From the NCBI GenBank assembly GCA_964202905.1, contig CAXNJO010000004.1, positions 480,001-544,000 on the forward strand: a stretch of 64,000 bases of DNA, written 5' to 3'. The stretch is from Polyangiales bacterium. Its GTDB lineage: Bacteria > Myxococcota_A > Polyangia > Polyangiales > JADJQN01. Made by a program: the position numbers and the translations under genes. Below are positions 18,772-27,947 of this stretch, one piece after another. Within the stretch, counting starts at the first letter, position 1. Each line of letters opens with the position of its first letter. The notes beneath the pieces were generated by a model. That model ran no database searches. It saw only the letters and a list, made by a program, of their open reading frames with translations, and was not told where the DNA came from.

Positions 18772-20718
18772 ATGAGGACGTGGCGGCTGGTCGTGACGGC
18801 GCTCGGTCAGGGGGCGTCGTCTCCGGGCGGGGCGGACTCGGGCGGCGCGGGTGAAGCCGCGGCGGGGAGCGGCGCGTCCAGGGACGCAGGCGGCCCCCTG
18901 CACGAGGTCACCGTCGAAGCAGAGAACTGGATGACCGCGCTCCGCCATGCGCGCGCCGCGATCGGCGAGAGCGGCGGCGTGCCGACGGGTGCGAGTTGTG
19001 CGATCGCGCCCGACGGGCGCGTCACGATTCTCGATCCGGTGACGCGACGTTCGTACGTGGTCGCCCCGGGGACGAGCCACTCGTTCCGACCCACCGCAGC
19101 CACTTCGGGGCCCCGAGTGCCCGGCGACGAGGTGCCCCGCGCGATCACGCCGACGGCACAGGTCGCCACGGCACAGGTCGCCACGGCACAGGTCGCGGCA
19201 GCGCAGGCTGCGGCCGCACCCGTTGCAGCAGCGCCCACCGTCGAGACGTCCAGGCCCGTCACGGCGGCGGCCACGACGACCGCGCGCGCGAAGTCCATGA
19301 CGATGGCGTACATGCCGACGCCGAGCGGCGTCCGTCCCGAGCCGATCGCCATCGGCGTCCCCGCCTCGCCTGCGGCCACGACACCGGCCGATGTCGCACC
19401 CCGGGAGCCCATCGCGACGCCGGCCGAAGCTGCGCCCGCGCAAGCGGCCGCGCCAGCCCCGGCGCCTGCCGACGCGCCCGCTCCGGCGCCTGCGGCCGCA
19501 CCCGCCCCTCCGCAAGCCGCCGTGACGCCGCAGCCAGCCCCAGCGGCTGCCGGAGTCGCGCCCACCGCGGCGGCACCCGTCTCGGCCTACCTGTTGTCGC
19601 AGCGCGACGAAGAGCCCTCCGAACGCAGCCCGCTCGTCTACCGCGAGCGCACGTGGGTGGTGCCGCCCGGCACGACGGAGGACGCCTCCGCGCTCGCGCT
19701 GCGTGGCGAGCTCTACGGCCTGCAGCAGCAGCTCGCCGGGCGACCGGACGGCAAGTTCGTGAACCTCGCGGTGTTCGACCACGCGTGGACCGACCGCCCC
19801 CTCCGTGCGCCGCTCGTGACGCTCCAGTGGAAGGACTGGCGCGGCGAGCCTGACGTCGCCTTCCCGGCCCGGGCGCGCGCCGCGAGAGCCAGCGAAGCCC
19901 CCCGGGCCTCGGCGACGACGGCGGTGGCAGCGCCGACAGCCTCCCCGGTTCCTGCGGCCCCGGTCACCGCAGTGCCGGTCACCGCAGTGCCGGTCACCGC
20001 AGTGCCGGTCACCGCCGCGCCGACAGCGGCCTCGGTGTCGTCGCCGCCCCCGGCAGCTCCGGCGTCGCAGCCACCGGCGTCGCAACCACCGGCGTCGCAG
20101 CCACCGGTGGCGCGAGCCGCACCGATCTCGCAGCCGCCCACGGCGCAGAGCGCGGCGAGAGCCCCCGCGGAGTCTCCGGACGATCGCCTCGCCCACGCGT
20201 TCGAGGCCTGCCAGGACCTCTTCTTCCTCGCGTCCGCCTCGGACGGGCTCGACTTCGTGGTGCGGCTGCTCGCCGAGATCGTGCCTTGCGAGGCGATCAC
20301 CGCCTCGCTCTACGACATCAACACCGACGAGCTCCGCTTCGTGGCGCTCACGGGCCCCGGCGCCGAGGCACGCAAGGGCAGCGCCGTCCAGGCGAGCCGC
20401 GGTCTCGTCGCGGAGGCGAGCCGCCGCCCGGCGCCGATCCTCGTCGACGACGTCGCCCGCGACCCACGCTTCGTCGCGGAGTTCGACGGTCGTCCGGGCC
20501 TCGAAGCGCAGACGATGCTCCTGCACGGCGTGCTGCACGAGGGCCGGCTGCTCGGCGTCCTACAGCTCACGAACCGCTCCGTGCAGCCGCAGTTCGGGCG
20601 CGCCGACGGAAACGTCGTGACGTACGTCGCCAAGCAGCTCGGAGCGTTCCTCCACACCCAGCGGACGGCCGACAAGCGCGCGCCGGCCGGTACCACCGTC
20701 GGGCGTCCACGCCGGTGA
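18772..20718 (+). CDS. GAF domain protein with long Pro/Ala-rich linkers
   Basis: C-terminal GAF (LYDINTDELRF..GLV..VDDVARDPRF..LLGVLQLTN..F); two small globular domains separated by repeat-rich linkers. The start could be 18766. Confidence 0.8.
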   Translation: MRTWRLVVTALGQGASSPGGADSGGAGEAAAGSGASRDAGGPLHEVTVEAENWMTALRHARAAIGESGGVPTGASCAIAPDGRVTILDPVTRRSYVVAPGTSHSFRPTAATSGPRVPGDEVPRAITPTAQVATAQVATAQVAAAQAAAAPVAAAPTVETSRPVTAAATTTARAKSMTMAYMPTPSGVRPEPIAIGVPASPAATTPADVAPREPIATPAEAAPAQAAAPAPAPADAPAPAPAAAPAPPQAAVTPQPAPAAAGVAPTAAAPVSAYLLSQRDEEPSERSPLVYRERTWVVPPGTTEDASALALRGELYGLQQQLAGRPDGKFVNLAVFDHAWTDRPLRAPLVTLQWKDWRGEPDVAFPARARAARASEAPRASATTAVAAPTASPVPAAPVTAVPVTAVPVTAVPVTAAPTAASVSSPPPAAPASQPPASQPPASQPPVARAAPISQPPTAQSAARAPAESPDDRLAHAFEACQDLFFLASASDGLDFVVRLLAEIVPCEAITASLYDINTDELRFVALTGPGAEARKGSAVQASRGLVAEASRRPAPILVDDVARDPRFVAEFDGRPGLEAQTMLLHGVLHEGRLLGVLQLTNRSVQPQFGRADGNVVTYVAKQLGAFLHTQRTADKRAPAGTTVGRPRR

Positions 20719-21392
20719 GCCGCCCCATCGTCGTCGAGCCGTGCAGCGGCTGCGGGAAGCCGCCGCTCCTCTGCGTGTGCGACCGTGTCGTCGTTCACGA
20801 GGAGGTCCGCACGCGCGTGCTCATCCTGCAGCACCCGCAGGAGCCGGACGTGACGCTCGGGACGGTGCCGCTACTGCAGGCCTCGTTGCCGGCGCGTGTG
20901 ACCGTGGAGGTCGGGCTGTCCTGGGCCTCCCTCGCCGATGCGCTCGGCGCGCCGGCCGAGGCTGCCCGTTGGGGTGTGCTCTACCCGATGTCGCTGAAGA
21001 AGCCGCTCGAGCCTGCGGACGCGGCGCGCCCGTTCCTGGTGCTCGATCGGCACGGCGACCCGCGGCCGGTCGGCGCAGAACCGCTGGTCGGGATCGTCGC
21101 GCTCGACGGGACGTGGAGCCAGGGGAAGACGCTCTGGTGGCGCAACCCATGGCTGCTCAAGCTTCCGCGCGTAGTGCTCCATCCCAGCGAACCGGGCATC
21201 TACGGACGCCTGCGGCAGGAGCCGCGGCGCGAGCACGTCTCGACGCTCGAGGCCGTCGCCGACGCGCTGGTCGGCATCGGCGAGCCGCCCGCCGTGCGCG
21301 ACGACCTCCGCCGCCTGATGCGCACGATGGTGCAGCGGGCGCGCGATGCGAAGGCGCGGCGCGCACAGCGCCGACGGCGAAACGACGACTGA
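20715..21392 (+). CDS. DTW-domain tRNA-uridine aminocarboxypropyltransferase family protein
   Basis: CxxCxKP..CVC, LQHPQE, DGTW and STLEA motifs; the GTG overlaps the upstream stop. Confidence 0.9.
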   Translation: MSRPIVVEPCSGCGKPPLLCVCDRVVVHEEVRTRVLILQHPQEPDVTLGTVPLLQASLPARVTVEVGLSWASLADALGAPAEAARWGVLYPMSLKKPLEPADAARPFLVLDRHGDPRPVGAEPLVGIVALDGTWSQGKTLWWRNPWLLKLPRVVLHPSEPGIYGRLRQEPRREHVSTLEAVADALVGIGEPPAVRDDLRRLMRTMVQRARDAKARRAQRRRRNDD

Positions 21393-21486
21393 CGGCCCGG
21401 CGACGCAGCCCCCCCGCCAAAGGGGCGGCGCCGGGCATCGAACCGCGCAGCACTGCGGCGGGCAGACGCGCCAGGCGCCCGCTGCG

Positions 21487-21984
21487 TCAGCGCTGGCGCA
21501 GGAGCGCCTGAACCTCGCGCTCGAGCGACTCGGCGTCTCCCGCGCGAAATCCGGCGTGGTAATGCCGAACGACGCCGCGTCGGTCGATCACGTACGACGA
21601 GGGCATCGCGGTGCCGCCATAACGCGCCGCCGCGGCCTTGCGCGGGTCGTGCGCGATCAAGAACCCCGCTGGCGTCCGCCGCAAGAACGAGCGGACATTC
21701 GCGACGTCGTTGTCGACGCTCACGCCGACGATGGCGAGGCCTTGCGACGCGTAGGTGCGGTGCAGACGCTCGAGGACCGGGAACTCCTGCCGACACGGCG
21801 CGCACCAGGACGCCCAGAAATCGACGATGACCACCTTCCCGCGCAGCGAGGCGATGCGGACGGGGTTGCCGGCGAGGTCGTTCACCCCGATCTCCGGGGC
21901 GCGCGCCCCGACGTCGACGGCGGACGCGCTCGCGGCAAGCGCGAGCAGGAGGAGCGGCACGAGCACGAGGGGGAGACGACGCAT
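21487..21984 (-). CDS. TlpA/ResA-family thiol-disulfide oxidoreductase
   Basis: Signal peptide, GKVVIVDFWASWCAPC, and MPSSYVIDRRG (cis-Pro). Confidence 0.92.
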   Translation of the reverse strand: MRRLPLVLVPLLLLALAASASAVDVGARAPEIGVNDLAGNPVRIASLRGKVVIVDFWASWCAPCRQEFPVLERLHRTYASQGLAIVGVSVDNDVANVRSFLRRTPAGFLIAHDPRKAAAARYGGTAMPSSYVIDRRGVVRHYHAGFRAGDAESLEREVQALLRQR

Positions 21985-22026
21985 GGCGCGGTGGACGGAG
22001 CGGCGCGGCGGGGATTCACGCATGGC

Positions 22027-22911
22027 TCAGAGCTCCAACTCCTGCCGGAGGTAGTTCGAGAGCTGCGTCGGCGGCTCCGAGAAGTGACGGCCGTTGACGA
22101 AGATCGTCGGCGTTCCCTCGACGTGGACGCGCCGCCCCTCGGCCTTGTCCGCGTCGACCCGCGCCTGCGTGTCGGCCGAGGCCATGTCGGACTTGAAGCG
22201 CTCGAGCTCCAGGCCGAGCTGCACGGCGTAGCGCTCGAGGTCCTCGTCTTCGAGGGCGTCCTGGTGCGCGAACATCAGGTCGTGCATCTCCCAGAACTTC
22301 CCCTGCTTGCCGGCGGCGACGCCCGCACGCGCAGCCGGCAGCGCCCGCGGGTGTTGGTCGAGGGGGTAGTTCTTGAAGACGAGCTTCACGCGCCCCTCGA
22401 ACTCGCGCAGCGTGCGCTCGAGCATCGGCGCGGCGGCGCCGCAATACGGGCACTCGAAGTCGCTGAACTCGACGATCTGCACCGAGGCCATCGGCGCGCC
22501 GCGCACGGGCAGGCCCTCGACGCGGAGCTCGTACTTCGTGTCGCGGCCGTACCGCGCGGTGAAGTGCGCCTCGATCTCGGCGCGCTCGTAGCCCTCGGTC
22601 ACGAGGTGGGCGAGGTATCGGGCGGCAGGCACGCAGCGGTTGCAGCGGCTCGCCGCGTCGGTGGCGCAGCGCGCGACGCTGACGGGCTCGCCACACGGTG
22701 AGAGCAGATCGTTCGTGAGGTCGGCGAACACGCGCTTCTCGGGCGCGGTGAGGTCGCTGAGGTCGACCTGCGGGATCGCCTCGACGCGGGCCTGGGGGGC
22801 TGGCGCGGGCTGGCCCGCAGGCGGATCGACCTTGCCGCCGCAGCTCGCGCCGAGGGAGAAGATCGCCAGGAAGGCCACGGGGACCCAGAGGGGGCGGCGC
22901 GCGCTGTCCAT
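22027..22911 (-). CDS. DsbA-family lipoprotein with N-terminal Cys-rich CcmH-like domain
   Basis: Lipobox LGASC; EFSDFECPYC and GTPTIFVNG; N-terminal LLSPC..C..CNRC..GYERAEIEAHFTARYG. Confidence 0.85.
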   Translation of the reverse strand: MDSARRPLWVPVAFLAIFSLGASCGGKVDPPAGQPAPAPQARVEAIPQVDLSDLTAPEKRVFADLTNDLLSPCGEPVSVARCATDAASRCNRCVPAARYLAHLVTEGYERAEIEAHFTARYGRDTKYELRVEGLPVRGAPMASVQIVEFSDFECPYCGAAAPMLERTLREFEGRVKLVFKNYPLDQHPRALPAARAGVAAGKQGKFWEMHDLMFAHQDALEDEDLERYAVQLGLELERFKSDMASADTQARVDADKAEGRRVHVEGTPTIFVNGRHFSEPPTQLSNYLRQELEL

Positions 22912-22990
22912 GTCGGCGCGGATGCTAGCAGGGGCACGCGACCGTGCGGCGATCATTTCACGCCCGACCGACCGCAGCGCGCGGCGCGAC

Positions 22991-23809
22991 TCAAGGGAGC
23001 GGCGCCCCCGCCTGGATCCACGCGACGAGGGTCTCCTTCTCGGCGTCGGTGAGCCCGGCGGCGGGGTCGTCGCGGAGCGCCGGCGGCATCGGGACGCCCG
23101 GCACCGCGGGGTCTCCAAGCACCGCGTAGACGAGATAACTCGTCTCCGGCCGCCCGCGGCCCGCGATGACCTCGACGATGGGCAGCCCGGCGAGCACGGG
23201 CGCACCGGCCCCGCCCTCCGCGCCGAGCGCCCCGGACGCGATCGTGCGTGCAGGGCGGTTCAGCGCCGTCTCGCGGATCCCCGCGGGCGACGAGAGGTCG
23301 AGCCCGAGCGCCGTTGGCCCAGGCCCGTGGCAGCCGCTGCCCGTGCACCGCGCCGCGAAGATCGGCGCGACCTCGGCGTAGCCGGCTGCGGGGGGTGGCG
23401 ACGGGTCGGGACCGGGGTCCGAGCCGGTGCGGAAGGGCACGGTGTGCGGCGCGCGCATGGGCTGGCCGTCGAGGTCTCGCACCCCGTCGAGCACGAGACG
23501 CCAGCCGACGTCCGCTGCGATCGGCGCGTCGTCGAGGGGTACGGCAACGACGGTCCGCGTGAGCACGTCGTACCGCACCGACAGCAGCGCGCGCACCGCG
23601 CCGGATTCGAGACGCACGGTGCCGCGCGACACCGTACGCGGCAGAAGCAGCCGATCGAAGCGCGCCACGAACGGACCGCGACGCAGCACGTCGAGCGCGC
23701 CCTCCTCCGGGGTGGTGTCGAGGACGGATGGCCCGGGGGCGTCCAACGACGGCGGCGCGAGGTCGCAGCCTGCGGCGCACAGGGAGCTCCCCGCGAAGGG
23801 CAACAACAT
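22991..23809 (-). CDS. Ig-like (Big_5) + atypical monoheme cytochrome c lipoprotein
   Basis: Lipobox AAGC; Big_5-like PSVLDTTP..FDRLL..GVRDLDG..F.TG; C-domain CTGSGCHG..GLDL..PETSYL..MPP..LT..E..WIQAGA (planctomycete-cytochrome-like). Start uncertain. Confidence 0.7.
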   Translation of the reverse strand: MLLPFAGSSLCAAGCDLAPPSLDAPGPSVLDTTPEEGALDVLRRGPFVARFDRLLLPRTVSRGTVRLESGAVRALLSVRYDVLTRTVVAVPLDDAPIAADVGWRLVLDGVRDLDGQPMRAPHTVPFRTGSDPGPDPSPPPAAGYAEVAPIFAARCTGSGCHGPGPTALGLDLSSPAGIRETALNRPARTIASGALGAEGGAGAPVLAGLPIVEVIAGRGRPETSYLVYAVLGDPAVPGVPMPPALRDDPAAGLTDAEKETLVAWIQAGAPLP

Positions 23810-24003
23810 GGCGGAGAGGACCGTGGCGCCGACGCCGGGGTGACCGCGCGCACGCAACCGCGATGCGGCTCGGCGATCGAAGTTCCCTCCCTGCGCGGGG
23901 CCCGTCCGTGTCGGGGGTGGAAGCGCCGCGGAAGCCGGGGAGCGCCGGTGGGCCAGTTCCGCGCGAAACGCATCGCTGCCCCGCCGGCGCACCCGCCGGG
24001 CCC

Positions 24004-24261
24004 TCAACTCTCGCTGTAGACGCCGAGTTGCTCGCGGAGGGTATCCTCGGTGATCCCGACGCGGATGTACTCGTTGAGGCAATCGGCGACGGTCACGAGC
24101 ATGTCGTCGACGCCCTTGTCCTCGATGAGCTTCGACAGCAGGGCGCGGGCCTCGCGGCTGTCGTCCTCACGCAGGTACTGCCGGACCTTGTCGATCGTGA
24201 TGTCGTCGCCCTGGAAGTCGATGACTGCGTGCTCTAGGAGAAAGCGAACAAGCTCGCGCAC
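24004..24261 (-). CDS. Small acidic hypothetical protein (85 aa)
   Basis: GGAGG RBS plus GTG; globular non-GC-biased sequence RELVRFLLEHAVIDFQGDDITIDKVRQYL..YSES. Confidence 0.8.
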   Translation of the reverse strand: MRELVRFLLEHAVIDFQGDDITIDKVRQYLREDDSREARALLSKLIEDKGVDDMLVTVADCLNEYIRVGITEDTLREQLGVYSES

Positions 24262-24334
24262 GTAGAGCCTCCGTCGAAGCAGGTGATGGGTCCGGGGGCG
24301 CTTCCCCCACAGCCCGGCGGCCGGACCGGGACAC

Positions 24335-24364
24335 GTTGTAGTCCCCCCCCCTCCGGGCGCGCAA
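24335..24364 (-). promoter_or_regulatory. Putative promoter TTGCGC-N18-TACAAC with a G9 tract in the spacer
   Basis: Same -35 hexamer as the candidate rnpB and tRNA promoters; C9 run at 24343-24351 on the + strand. Confidence 0.45.
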
Positions 24365-24417
24365 GCGGGAAGTTTTTGTGCGCTCCCCCCGGTCGCACGC
24401 TGGTACGGTCGGCGTCG

Positions 24418-25983
24418 ATGAGCGAAGCCCCCCTCCGCGTGCTCTGCGTGGCCTTTGCCGTCGTCCCGGGTTCGAGCGCGCACTCGCCGGCGATGATGGG
24501 GCTCGCGGCCGCGCTGCACGCGGAGATGGACTTCGTCACGATCAAGGCCGACGCGCTCCCGCACCTCGAGCGCTTCGGGCCGGCACAGATGCTGCGCGTC
24601 CCCGTCGGCGGCGGCTCCGAGAACGCGCAGCGCAGCGCGTTTTCCCGCGCGGTGCGGCGCCAGATCGAGTCCGAGACCTACGACGTCGTGCACGTGCGCG
24701 GGCCGGTCGAGGGCTTGGTCGCGCTCGAGCTGCGCGAGGCCCACGGGCTGAAGGTCGTCTACGAAATGGGCTCGTATCCCGACGAGTCCGACGGACTCGC
24801 GGCCGAGCAGGGCTGGTCCGCCGCGCATCTCCGCTGCCTCGAGGGCGCGGACCGCGTCATCGTGCCGAGCGAGGCCGCGACGCGCTCGAGCGCGGTACGC
24901 GCGCGGGAAAACAAGCTGCACGTCGTGCCGCCCGGCGTCGACGTCGACGCGTACGACTGGCGGCCCACCGGCCGGATCGCGGACCCGACGGGCGCGACGC
25001 GACTGCTCTATCTGGGTTCGTTCGCTGCGGATCGCGACCTCGGCACGCTGCTCGGCGCGGCGCGCGAGGTGGCGCGGCGCACGCCGATCCGCGTGCTGCT
25101 CGCGGGCGAGCCCGACCCTGCGCGGCGGCGGCGCGTGCGGCGCCTCGTGACCGACTTCGGGCTCGAGGGCTTCGTCGAGGTGCGCGGCGAGCCCCCCCCG
25201 CTGCGCGTCCCGAACCTCATCGCCGCCGCGGACGTCTGCCTCGCCCCCGCCGCCGCGACGCCGCGCTTCCAGGAGCACGGGGATGTCCCGCAGCCGCTGC
25301 TCGAGTATTTCGCGGGGCAGCGCGCGGTCATCGCGGCCGGGGTGCCGGCCGTCGGCGAGGTGCTCCGCGACGAGCGCGAGGGGCTGCTCTATTCGCCGAG
25401 CGACGAAGACGCGCTCAGCGAGGCCATCCACGCGCTGATCGAGGACCGCGCGCTCCGCGAGCGCCTCGCGGTCGGCGGGTACGAGCGCGTACGGAACCAG
25501 CTGAGTGCGGGGGCGCGGCGTCGGCGGCTCGTCGAGGTGTACGAGGTCCTCGTGCCGGGCTCGCAACAACGCGATCCGTGGATGACGGGCTTCGACGCGG
25601 AGGGCACAGGGCAATGGGAGCTCCCGCAACTCACCTCGGAGGCGACCGGCCCGCTGCCCGAGCGGACGCGGTCCGGCGCCGAGCCTGCGGGCGGCGGCGA
25701 GCGGGACGCGCAGGAAACGCACGTGCTCCTGGTGCTCGGGTCGCCTGAGTCCTCGCTGCCACCGAGCCTGCTCCCGATGGCCCCGGAACCGGACGACGGC
25801 GGCCGCTTCGACACGAGCCCCGGCGCCGAGGCGCCCGATCTCCCCGGCGCACCCACGATCATCCGCCCGGGCTTCACGGCGGACGAGGCCCCGGCTCCCC
25901 CGCTTGCCCCGCCACCGCCCCCGGGCGCTGCGCGCCCCTTGCCGCCGCCCCCGCCCGCGCCGAAGCCGCGCAGCCGCGCTTGA
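24418..25983 (+). CDS. Glycosyltransferase family 4 with Pro-rich C-terminal tail
   Basis: ADRVIVPS, HVVPPGVD, LLYLGS, LLEYFAGQRAVIA and EGLL motifs. Confidence 0.85.
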   Translation: MSEAPLRVLCVAFAVVPGSSAHSPAMMGLAAALHAEMDFVTIKADALPHLERFGPAQMLRVPVGGGSENAQRSAFSRAVRRQIESETYDVVHVRGPVEGLVALELREAHGLKVVYEMGSYPDESDGLAAEQGWSAAHLRCLEGADRVIVPSEAATRSSAVRARENKLHVVPPGVDVDAYDWRPTGRIADPTGATRLLYLGSFAADRDLGTLLGAAREVARRTPIRVLLAGEPDPARRRRVRRLVTDFGLEGFVEVRGEPPPLRVPNLIAAADVCLAPAAATPRFQEHGDVPQPLLEYFAGQRAVIAAGVPAVGEVLRDEREGLLYSPSDEDALSEAIHALIEDRALRERLAVGGYERVRNQLSAGARRRRLVEVYEVLVPGSQQRDPWMTGFDAEGTGQWELPQLTSEATGPLPERTRSGAEPAGGGERDAQETHVLLVLGSPESSLPPSLLPMAPEPDDGGRFDTSPGAEAPDLPGAPTIIRPGFTADEAPAPPLAPPPPPGAARPLPPPPPAPKPRSRA

Positions 25984-26018
25984 CACGACGCCCCACGTCG
26001 GGCGAAAGCAGCGGGGCC

Positions 26019-26462
26019 ATGACGATCTCCTCGGCCATCTCGCTCGTCGAGGCCGCGATCCGCGGCCTCGGGCTCGACCCGGCGCGCGCCCGCCTCCCTC
26101 AAGAGGGCGAAGGCGCCCGCTTCGCCCTGCACCGCGGCAGCGCGGAGGTGTTCGTCGTGCTCGCGCCGCCGAGCGACGCCGACCCGGCCGGCACGCTGCG
26201 GATCGTCGCGCCGGTCATCGCCCTGCCGACCGCCGAGCGGCGCCCCGCGCTCTACGAGCGCCTCCTGCGCCTCAACGCGGCCGAGGCCCGCGGCTGCGCG
26301 TTCGCGCTGTCCGGTGAGTCGGTCGTCGTCGTCCACGAGCGCAGCGTGCGCGACCTCGACGCGTCGGAGGTCGATGCAGCGCTGCGCATGGTGGGCGCCG
26401 TCGCCGACCACTTCGACGACGGGCTCGCGCGCGAGTTCGGCGCGGCCCGAGCGCGCGGCTGA
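26019..26462 (+). CDS. YbjN/CesT-like chaperone-fold protein
   Basis: RGSAEVFV..LRIVAPV..LYERLLRLN..AFAL..ADHFDDGL..EFG pattern. Confidence 0.75.
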   Translation: MTISSAISLVEAAIRGLGLDPARARLPQEGEGARFALHRGSAEVFVVLAPPSDADPAGTLRIVAPVIALPTAERRPALYERLLRLNAAEARGCAFALSGESVVVVHERSVRDLDASEVDAALRMVGAVADHFDDGLAREFGAARARG

Positions 26463-26465
26463 GCG

Positions 26466-27947
26466 ATGCGGCGTACGGCGCGCGGCCTCGGGCGCGCCAG
26501 CGTCGGGTTCGCGCTCGCGCTCGCGCTGCTGACGGTGGGCGGCGCGGCGCGCGCGGACGACGTGCGGGTCGAGTCCGACTCGTCGTTCCAGGCGTACGAG
26601 GTCCGCTCGCCGGGAACGACCGTCTTCCAGACACGGCGCCGCCTCGTCACGACGGCCGGGTTCGGCTGGGCGCGCGCGATCACGGAGACGCCCGCTGACG
26701 ACGGGCGCACGCCACGCCTCACGGCGACCGTGCGCCTTCGCCTGACGCAGGAGTTCGGCGACACCTGCCTCGTCGCGCGGGCGTTGTGCGTGCGCGCCAC
26801 GGACCCCGAGGATCTCGCGGCCTTCCAGCCGCTCGCGCGGGACACGTGGATCGACGTCCCGACGGCCTGGGCGGAGGCCTCGGGGCTGCCCCTCGGGCTC
26901 ACGGTGCGCCTCGGGCGCCAGCTCCACCACGACGTGATGGGCCTGCTCCGCGCAGACGCCCTGCGTGTGCGGGCCGAGCCGTGGGACTCCGTCGCGCTCG
27001 AGGCGCTCGCCGGGCTGATGGTGCGCGACACGAGCCTCGGCGGCTCGCCGGCGTTCGAGCCCATCGGGGCGCCGCGCCTCGACGTCGCCGTCGACCCGTC
27101 GCGCACGCCCTGGGTCGCGCCCGCGCTCACGACGCCGGTCCTGCACGTCGCGCTCGAGCTCGGCCGCACGCCCGTGGTGCGCGCCCGCCTCGCCTTCCGC
27201 GAGGCCCGGGAGCTCGCCGGGACGGACGCCCTCGGCGCGCCGGTGGCAGGCGGCGTCCTCGCGCGCCGCGCGGCGCTCTCGCTCGCCTCGCAGCCGCTCG
27301 ACGCGCTGCGCCTCGAGGCCGACGGCGTGCTCGATCTGCTCGACACGGGCCCCCTCGCGCAGCGCCTCCTCGCCGCGCGCGCCGGCGTCGCGGTGCAGGC
27401 GAGCACGTCCTGGCGCCTCGCCGCGCGCGTGGAGCGGCAGGTGCCGCGCTTCGATCCGGGGTCGATCTGGGCGTATTTCGTCGTCGCGCCCGTCGCCGAG
27501 GCACAACTCGACGCGGCGTGGCAGCGCGGCGATCGGCTCACGCTCGGAACGACGCTGCGCGGTCGGCGCGCGGAGCTCGGCGGAAACGACGGCGAGGACG
27601 TCGATGTCGGGGCCGAGTGGCGGGCGCGCGCGCGGCTCGGGACGCTGCAGCTCGGCGGCTCCGCCTTCGTGTGGAGCGGGAATCTCGGGCCGATGGCGGG
27701 CGTGCTCGTCGACGGCGCCCTGCGCCTGAGCCGCGCGCTGCGCCTCGAGGGCCGCGTCTCGGTGTGGCACTTCGACGACGCGAACCGCCCGGAGTTGTAC
27801 GGCGCGATGGTGAGCGAGGTGCTCGGCGCGCACTGGCAGGTCGGCGACGCGACGACCGCGCTCGTGGAGCTCGAGCACGCGGCGAGCCGCGTCGTGGGGC
27901 ACCGCTTCCGCGCGGTGCTCGCCTTGCGCATCGAGGCGTGGCGATGA
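26466..27947 (+). CDS. Putative outer-membrane beta-barrel (porin) associated with a multiheme cytochrome
   Basis: Signal peptide (ARA-DD), many amphipathic beta-strands, RLGRQ motif, terminal strand FRAVLALRIEAW; the stop overlaps the cytochrome ATG (ATGA). Confidence 0.7.
   Translation: MRRTARGLGRASVGFALALALLTVGGAARADDVRVESDSSFQAYEVRSPGTTVFQTRRRLVTTAGFGWARAITETPADDGRTPRLTATVRLRLTQEFGDTCLVARALCVRATDPEDLAAFQPLARDTWIDVPTAWAEASGLPLGLTVRLGRQLHHDVMGLLRADALRVRAEPWDSVALEALAGLMVRDTSLGGSPAFEPIGAPRLDVAVDPSRTPWVAPALTTPVLHVALELGRTPVVRARLAFREARELAGTDALGAPVAGGVLARRAALSLASQPLDALRLEADGVLDLLDTGPLAQRLLAARAGVAVQASTSWRLAARVERQVPRFDPGSIWAYFVVAPVAEAQLDAAWQRGDRLTLGTTLRGRRAELGGNDGEDVDVGAEWRARARLGTLQLGGSAFVWSGNLGPMAGVLVDGALRLSRALRLEGRVSVWHFDDANRPELYGAMVSEVLGAHWQVGDATTALVELEHAASRVVGHRFRAVLALRIEAWR

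Noticed and set aside
26019..26462. Type III secretion system inferred from the CesT-like protein
   Set aside because: No T3SS structural genes are present; YbjN-fold proteins often occur alone.
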